Source: Octopus vulgaris (Eukaryota). From it: a stretch of 64,000 nt of DNA. The notes below the pieces were generated by a model. That model was not told the origin of the DNA, did no database searches, and saw nothing but the letters and a program-made list of their open reading frames with translations. Positions 55,382 through 64,000 of this stretch are shown piece by piece. Numbering within the stretch: position 1 is the first letter of the stretch; every line of letters starts with the position of its first letter. The DNA is taken from the NCBI GenBank assembly GCA_951406725.2, contig OX597825.1, forward strand, positions 64,170,001 to 64,234,000, written 5' to 3'. Both the position numbers and the translations under genes were made by a program.

Positions 55382-56434
55382 GTAAGCAATCTACGAGTGG
55401 GATTGAACAAACAACGTTTTGGTCAAAATCTAAATTCTGGTATTTTATTTGTTTTAAAATATTACTTACTTCATTTAATATTTTTAAGTATTTTTATTAT
55501 TTCTTTCGTCTATTTTAATCTTGTTTACTGTCCCATTATTTCCAAAATTTTCTCTACTTACTTAACATTCGTAACTTATTCTGTCTTTATGCGAAACTTT
55601 GGACATTACCGCTTGTTATGACAACCGCACATTTCTTATAATCTAATATGATTTAAAATACCTGTAGTCTCCTTGAAATCCGTCGGCTACTTAAGGGTCA
55701 ATATCTACTTAACAATGGTTTACGCACTGTATTAAAAGCTCGTTTGGCTAGGCGAGGATAACATTAAACGAAAATAAAATTGTAATTACAGGAAGAAATT
55801 CTGTGATGGACGAATTCTTTAGAATAATACTTAAACTTGTTTGCACAGTTGGGATATTTTCCAAATAATCGTATAATCCATGAATTATATAATGGATTGC
55901 CGTATGCTCAGTTGTGATTTAGCGATTGCCATTAGAAGCGATGTGTGAGCGATGTGTAAATATTTCTCAAGTTCATTCTGTTTCATTGTATTTTATATTG
56001 TTATTGTTTAAACATTTCGTTTAATAGATTCTATTGAGTTCATATAGCTATGCCGTATCAGGGGATCAAGATTAAGAGGAAAATAATGATAGACATATTA
56101 TGGAAGGAGTGCTTGTATTGTCTTCATGTGCATAATTCTATCCAAAATACTAGGCATTAAGTCGGTTATTTAATGATTAGGAGTGGCACTAAATGATGGT
56201 CAATTGAATGGCATTGACTGAGGACCTGAAATAGCTTGTGGCAACGAATTTTAAAGAGAAGTCGTTGATTAATATTTTGAAATCTAGAGTGAATGGTATT
56301 ATGAGACAAACAGAAGTATTCAGGATGTTAATGTAATTGATTGATCATCACTGTTCCTTATTTTCATACCCACTATGTTTCTCTGTATGTATACATATGT
56401 AATAGTATGCATATACATACGCACACACACTCAA

Positions 56435-56488
<54 letters not shown>

Positions 56489-56535
56489 GCATGCATATAT
56501 AGATATTAATATGTGTATTTATAGCTATACATATT

Positions 56536-56585
<50 letters not shown>

Positions 56586-56713
56586 TATACGTACATGCAT
56601 AATTACAGATAGATAGATAGATGGATTGATAAATACGTAGATAGATAGATAGATAGATAGATATATTGATTGATTGATATATTGATTGATTGATAGCTAG
56701 TTACATAGACAAT

Positions 56714-56744
<31 letters not shown>

Positions 56745-56946
56745 ATATGTGCTTAAAGTATACTCTTTGTGAGCCTAGTGTTATAGATATAAATATACAG
56801 CGACACATTTTGGCGGTACCTTTTTTATCAGGTGCTCTTGTTCAAGAAAATCAAGCGAAGAATAACAGGTCATGGAGCACATTGTCGTAGCAACTCGGAT
56901 AACGTTTTTAATTTGCAGTCCTGTTATCTCAAGTGTCCCATCTATT

Positions 56947-57374
56947 ACTCTTTTACTCTTTACTCTTTTACTTGTTTCAGTCATTTGACTGCGGCCATGC
57001 TGGAGCACCACCTTTAGTCGAGCAAATCGACCCCGAGACTTATTCTTTGTAAGCCCAATACTTATTCTATCGGTCTCTTTTGCCGAACCGCTAAGTGACG
57101 GAGACGGAAACACACCAGCATCGGTTGTCAAGCAATGCTAGGGGGACAAACAGAGACACACAAACATATACACACACTTATATATATATATATATATATA
57201 TACATACATACGACAGGCTTCTTTCAGTTTCCGTCTACCAAATCCAGTCACAAGGCATTGGTCGGCCCGGGGCTATAGCAGAAGACACTTGCCCAAGATG
57301 CCACGCAGTGGGACTGAACCCGGAACCATGTGGCTGGTTAGCAAGCTACTTACCACACAGCCACTCCTGCGCCT
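56947..57374 (-). mobile_element. SINE group 2, full length
   Basis: Reverse complement of 58200-58600 with few differences. Confidence 0.92.
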
Positions 57375-57489
57375 ATGTACTTGAAATTTGAAACAAAATT
57401 AAAATATTTCCCTGGAATATTCTTGCACTTGCTACGCTAATTCAATGTGTTCATCGTACAGTTATTACAATATTTATAGCACACGGATC

Positions 57490-57634
57490 ATTCTCCAAAG
57501 AGCAGACGAACACCATATCATAATTCTATCTCGAGACATGTAAATGCACATACCAAATCTCTCGTATACAAAAGCACGCACAAATACACACACACACACT
57601 CACACACTTATAGATACACACTCACACACGTGCG

Positions 57635-57684
<50 letters not shown>

Positions 57685-57749
57685 TGTTCGTTGTTTACAC
57701 ACCCGTTTTCACTTTTTTGTTTTGTTGATGACAAGCCGGCTTCTCTCTC

Positions 57750-57813
<64 letters not shown>

Positions 57814-57815
57814 CC

Positions 57816-57863
<48 letters not shown>

Positions 57864-58364
57864 AGGAGTGGCTGTGTGGTAAGTAGCTTGCTAACCAACC
57901 ACATGGTTCCGTGTTCTGTCGTAACGAACCTAAAATACATTTTGAATATCTGTTTTTATTTAATAATTTCAGTGTTATCTAATTAAACTAAATCGGATTA
58001 AGATATCAAAATCTGTGTTTTGTTGTTAATTCAGCGACACTGGTTTACTAGGACTATCTTTATCTCGAAAGTTTGTACAGAAAAATAATCTTTAGATATT
58101 CCGAAGCATATTGATAACGATGTGTGTTTCATATTTAGTAACCCAAATAGCATTAACATAGATAGTGGTATTAGGTAAAAGTATAACTTCTCTGTCACAT
58201 AGGCGCAGGAGTGGCTGTGTGGTAAGTACCTTGCTTACCAACCACATGGTTCCGAGTTCAGTGCCACTGCGTGGCATCTTGGGCAAGTGTCTTCTGCTAT
58301 ATCCCCGGGCCGACCAATGCCTTGTGAGTGGATTTGGTAGACGGAAACTGAAAGAAGCCTGTCG

Positions 58365-58399
<35 letters not shown>

Positions 58400-58814
58400 T
58401 TGTGTGTCTGTGTTTGTTCCCCTAGCATTGCTTGACAACCGATGCTGGTGTGTTTACGTTCCCGTCACTTAGCGGTTCGGCAAAAAGAGACCGATAGAAT
58501 AAGTACTGGGCTTACAAAAAAGAATGAGTCCCGGGGTCGAGTTGCTCGACTAAAAGGCGGTGCTCCAGCATGGCCGCAGTCAAAATGACTGAAACAAGTA
58601 AAAGAGAAAAGAGAAAGAGTATATATATATATATATGCGCGCGCACGTGTGTGAGTGTGTATCTATATGTGTGTGAGTGTGTGTGTGTATTTGTGAGTGC
58701 TTTTGTATACGAGAGATTTGGTATGTGCATTTACATGTCTCGAGATAGAATTATGATATGGTGTTCGTCTGCTCTTTGGAGAATATATATATATATATAT
58801 ATATATATAGTTGG

Positions 58815-58878
<64 letters not shown>

Positions 58879-58945
58879 GGAATTTACGAAAAGACAAACA
58901 AAACAAAAAATGAAAACGGGTGTGTAAACAACGAACAGATGTATT
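57490..58945. repeat. Local inverted segmental duplication
   Basis: 57490-57660 is the reverse complement of ~58600-58783, and 57680-57725 of ~58900-58942. Confidence 0.85.
58200..58600 (+). mobile_element. tRNA-derived SINE group 2 (CORE-like segment, internal TA/TG microsatellite), full length
   Basis: aggcgcaggagtggctgtgtggtaag...ggttccgagttcagt...tcttgggcaagtgtc...; tail gaaacaagtaaaagag repeats. Confidence 0.92.
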
Positions 58946-59040
58946 AGTTTAACTCTGTGGAAGTGAGAAAGTCTTTTACGTTTCGAGCCTATGTTCTTGA
59001 ACAGAAAGAAACACAGAAATAAACAGAAAGAAAAAAAAAT
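58875..59040 (-). repeat. Second TA-embedded repeat family with HHR-like motif (also 50277-50445; fragments at 4187-4230 and 57680-57725)
   Basis: Shared gaattta/cacaaaa..gaaaacgggtgtg..aacag.tg/atattagt. Minus strand CTGT(T/G)(G/C)A-A-GAGC-gtag-GCTC-GAAA-CG-T. Confidence 0.6.
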
Positions 59041-59163
59041 GTTTTGTGATACATACATAGGTACATATACGTGCAGACCAATATTTATGTCAAAAGATCT
59101 CCCAAAACAAGATGACAATATTTAGCCGTTGTCTAAGTGTAATTAACTAACATACGAAGAAGG

Positions 59164-59544
59164 AAGCACTCCGTCGGTTACGACGAAGAGGGTTCCGGTT
59201 GATCCGATCAACGGAACAGCCTGCTCGTGAAATTAACGTGTAAGTGGCTGAGCACTCCACAGACACGTGTACCCTTAACGTAGTTCTCGGGGATATTCAG
59301 CGTGACACAGAGAGTGACAAGGCCGGCCCTTTGAAATACAGGTACAACAGAAACAGGAAGTAAGAGTGAGAGAAAGTTGTGGTGAAAGAGTATAGCAGGG
59401 ATCACCACCATCCCCTGCCGGAGCCTCGTGGAGCTTTTGGTGCTTTCGCTCAATAAACACTCACAACGGCCGGTCTGGGAATCGAAACCGCGATCCTACG
59501 ACCGCGAGTCCGCTGCCCTAACCACTGGGCCATTGCGCCTCCAC
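59164..59544 (-). mobile_element. tRNA-derived SINE group 3, full length
   Basis: Nearly identical to 39133-39514. TSD acatacgaa at 59150 and 59546. Confidence 0.92.
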
Positions 59545-60430
59545 TACATACGAATAATATGAACAATATCAAAGTAAGCGATCCACACACACTGTAAATC
59601 CGCAAACACTTTCTATTTTAAAAGAAAGAATGATAATCCAGAATTACGACAATAAGATACAACATATTCACATCGAGCATAACATATATGCATTCCCATC
59701 ATCAGCTGCCAAAATGGATATCATTATAGTCTCAACCCTCGGGCAGAACCATTCAATACAGCGGTGTCAACTGCTTTAAAATTACAAACGCTGTCAATCC
59801 TCTAGCGTATTACGTAATAACAGCATAATTTTAAAGATATAGTAATAACTTATAGCTACATTTATACCCGGAAACTGATTCCAAAAAGTGCAAAACAGAC
59901 AAAATAGCAAGCATAGACATCTGGATATATTGTTCCTCAATCAACACAGCATCACAAATAAGATATTACAGCTCCAAATACTTAATAACGATTAGTGGAA
60001 GACAAATCTCGTAAACAACGCCACCGAACTACGGACAAGCTTAAATCAATATCTATGAATAAAAGTCCAATAATGCACAATATATTATACAAATAAGCAG
60101 TTTACCAAAAGTAAAATGATAAAAATAATAAAATGAAATTTAAAATTAAACAAAAAGTATATACATATACTGCATCTATAATTAAAACAAATATTACATA
60201 AAACATTTTAACTGCAAAGAGACTTAATAATCCATTATAAATAATCGGCCAACGAACTTGTTATTTGGGAACAAACCAAATTACACTTAATTATAGAATA
60301 AGTAGATATATATGTAATTTGAATATACACCTATTATACATTTACAATCTATAAATATTGAACATTTCCTGAACAAATTGGTACGGAGATAATGCTACCT
60401 AAACTGAAACCCAACGATATTCACGTATTA

Positions 60431-60492
<62 letters not shown>

Positions 60493-60644
60493 GGAGGGGG
60501 TTCAGGGGTGTACATGTATGTAGAATATGTTCATACATGGTTACATACACACACACACGCACACATACACATATATATATATATATATATATAACTGTAA
60601 ATATAATATGCGACAATTATTCGATAGCCATGATAAAATTCCGT

Positions 60645-60761
60645 GTTTCGGATGTCGGGGCGAAAACCCACGCCGCCATGTCTTTAGTTATATTCATTGA
60701 AAAAAAATGGCCGGATAAATGAAGAGATGGCGGCGTGGGTTTCCGCCCCGACATCCGAAAC
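60645..60761. repeat. GC-rich hairpin / short inverted repeat
   Basis: gtttcggatgtcggggcgaaaacccacgccgccat ... atggcggcgtgggtttccgccccgacatccgaaac: ~35 bp arms with one mismatch. Confidence 0.9.
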
Positions 60762-62249
60762 TCTGCCCGTACTAATGCTGGGCAGAAGAAATATCGGAGG
60801 AAATACTCAGAACATTCGTTATGCTTACATGTAGTTGGACGTTTATGTATGGTGTGTGGCAGTATTTTATGTCTTTCTTTTTAATATCATGTGTGTGCAG
60901 GAGGTTTGAATATTAGTAAAATGTTTCAATACAAACTACTGGCGAATTATTGAGTCTTTATGACAGCTTTCACAAATCTTTTGCGCTTAAGCATGACTCA
61001 CGCATTGCACGTTAAGATGTTCCTACTTGAGGCAAACATACGCACAAAGAATAAGAATCTATATCTACTTACGCATATACCCGTTTAGACTGTATATCAC
61101 CTGTCTTGCATACACACGAATGCAATCGGCCTTTATATAAAATACTGTACAATTTAAAGCTATCAGCATGCATAAAGATGTGTAGATTGTGTTATTATAG
61201 CACTCTCTCGCTGAAAAACTTGTTGAGATTTTGCCTGTAAGATGCTATAAAGAGAATATATCAATGCTAACGTTATGTGCTTATATAAGCGCAAATTTTA
61301 ATCTCTACATTAATGCAATGTAGGGATCCGATTGTTGATAAAACAATCTATTACGTGCTTAATATGTAATTTTTAGGTGTGAAAGATTCCTAAAACCCCT
61401 CACAAATACCCAGAATCATGCGTTATCAATTTGTGTATATTTTTATCTACTGACAATAAAATAAAATTTATCCATGTATGTACATAGGTGTGTTGTGGGA
61501 ATGCATGGTTATTCATGTTTTTGTGTGGCTAAATATGTTGTAGTGTATGTTCGTGTATGCATGTGTCCATAAGTGTGCTCAGTTCTTACACATTTTTAGA
61601 GTTAAATCTTCTCTCATTTTGAAAAATATGTGTTTGTGAGAGAACGATATCACACGTGGTTGCGTGACTTGTCACGAGTAAGTATGAGTTTATAGATCTA
61701 CGCCTATCTTAACTTCCATATCAAGCTCATAATCTTTAATTTAATGAACCCTAAATAATAACCCATTCCCTCAAAATTGTTACACGATTAGATTAAACTA
61801 TAATATTACCGTGGTAAATAAACACAATTGAAACGCAGAAAAAACTTTCACGTTATGGCAGAATGGAAGTTAATAAGGATCCAACACTATCTCTCAAATA
61901 CTCGTTCGTATGAAACAGATTTTAAGAGGAACCCCATCTGCTACACAAAATGAAATAAAATAAAATTTAGATTCAGTTAGGGAATAATGCAAATTTAGCT
62001 ATTTTTGTAGCACTTATACTGCTAATATTAAACACCCAAAAACTAATCAACATTTCATTTCCTGTAAAACAATCTCTCTTTTTCTCACACACACTCTCTC
62101 TTTCTTAAACTCTCTTACTCTCACTCTCTCTCTCCTTTTTACTTTCTCTTTCTGTTACTCTCTCTCTCTCTCGTTCTCACTCTCTCATTCTCTCTCTGTT
62201 TCTCTCTCTCTCTCTTCCACCTCTTGCCATGCTTGACCACAAGCTCCCC

Positions 62250-62474
62250 TTTACTCTTTTACTCTTTTATTTTGTTTCAGTCATTTGATTGCGACCATGC
62301 TGGAGCACCGCCTTTAGTCGAGCAAATCGACCCAGGACTTAGACTTATACTTTGTAAGCCTAGTACTTATTTCATGGATATCCTTTGCCGAACCGCTAGC
62401 TTACGGGGACGTAAACACACCAGTATCGGTTGTCAAGTGATGTTGGGGGGAAAACACAGACACACAAACACACA

Positions 62475-62526
<52 letters not shown>

Positions 62527-62678
62527 CGACAGGCTTCTTTCAGTTTCCCTCTACCAAATCCACTCACAAGGATTTGGTTGTCCCAAGGCTATAATAGAAG
62601 ACACTTGCCCAAGGTACCACGCCGTAGGACTAAAACCCGGCATCATGTGGTTGTTAAGCAAAATACTTACCACGCAGC
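62250..62678 (-). mobile_element. SINE group 2, diverged
   Basis: Colinear with 56947-57374. Confidence 0.88.
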
Positions 62679-63326
62679 AAAAATTTCGTTACTATAAACC
62701 GATTCCACTCTTTAGCCAACACCATTCAATTCACTGTTATTACATGGCCAATCCCAATTACAAGTTAAACAGCTAAATACACAGTTTTTGTTGTTTTTGA
62801 AAATATAGACATTTGTATAATAATAACATATCAGTTTGTGCCATTCCATTCATAAACTTTTCTTAAATATTTTACTCTGCATTTTAAAGCAACACGTGAT
62901 AATCATACATAAACAAACATCACATGAAATGTAGTATGAATAAGCCTACGATGTAATTATTCACTACTAACAAAGGATTTATATTCATCCTCCCACCCAT
63001 TCACAAATAACACTAAAGAAAGTTATTATCAACTTGGATCCGCTTCTAAACTAAGACCACCATAATAAAATAATAGGCCAATCACTTGCTAATTTAATTT
63101 CACTGGAATTTTATATCTTAATCTATTACCTTACTCCTTGTTTCTGCCTGGACTCTGGCCATCCTAAACTATCATCGTGAAGTCTAACAAATTCACAACG
63201 GTACATATATTGTGGTACTTCGTTTACCGGTCACTTTTGCCAAAAGAACACGGACGTCAACAAACCAATACTGCTAATACGGATTCTAAAGTGGTGGGAG
63301 CACGATGAGAAGTACACACACACACA

Positions 63327-63417
<91 letters not shown>

Positions 63418-63567
63418 CAAAAGGGAATAACAAAACATCCAGATAGACGATACAAAAAAACACGGACGGGTCATTCGAAGACTTTTATCTTCAGTCAAGA
63501 ACCGGATCATCCTCGCAATTTCGGCTGTACATACATACATATGTGTGTGTTTGAGTGTGTATGTGTC

Positions 63568-63625
<58 letters not shown>

Positions 63626-63723
63626 TGTGTGTGTATGCATATTTCTAATATTGTACTCCGTATGAGGCTGGGTAAAAAGGAAAACTGATATTACCTCTTA
63701 GGCTGGAGGCAAGTACATGGGAT

Positions 63724-63791
<68 letters not shown>

Positions 63792-63904
63792 GCTTAGTAA
63801 AATAATGTAATGTAATATTTTGAATTCGCCTAAAATGGTCCCTTTACATACTGAATACTTGGTGAAATTGATTAATAATTAATTAATTTTACCCTCAATT
63901 GTTG

Positions 63905-63936
<32 letters not shown>

Positions 63937-64000
63937 AATGTATATATATACTCATTTCTTGTCTATCACAATCACTCATAAATTAGTGGTCGGCCGGCAT

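Noticed and set aside
59600-60430. Possible Penelope RT remnant (ASIDI, WYGDN); similar hints at 62700-63240
   Set aside because: Too degenerate to support.
63465-63530. CTGAAGA...CGAAT hammerhead-like motif on the minus strand
   Set aside because: Helix II pairing is poor and GAAA is absent.

Overview
AT-rich, microsatellite-dense eukaryotic non-coding DNA. The SINE, LINE and microsatellite content looks like a cephalopod (octopus-type) genome; that assignment is inference from recognised repeat types. No complete host gene is visible, only a few candidate + strand exons (best: 55215-55381, with an ATG). Nearly all ORFs in the supplied track are microsatellite read-through. The window is mostly mobile DNA. 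(1) At 40.6-46.6 kb there is a stack of about seven 5'-truncated R4/Dong-type (RT + restriction-like endonuclease) retrotransposon ends. They belong to at least four families, most are separated by (TAA)n tracts, and their orientation follows the repeat strand; one copy is nearly intact. (2) Several short elements embedded in (TA)n carry hammerhead-ribozyme-like motifs followed by a conserved ORF start, consistent with Penelope-like pLTR ends; one forms a ~470 bp palindrome. (3) Also present: nested CR1 LINEs, RTE remnants, mariner and Helitron remnants, three tRNA-derived SINE groups with TSDs and swapped modules, and several local templated or inverted duplications.
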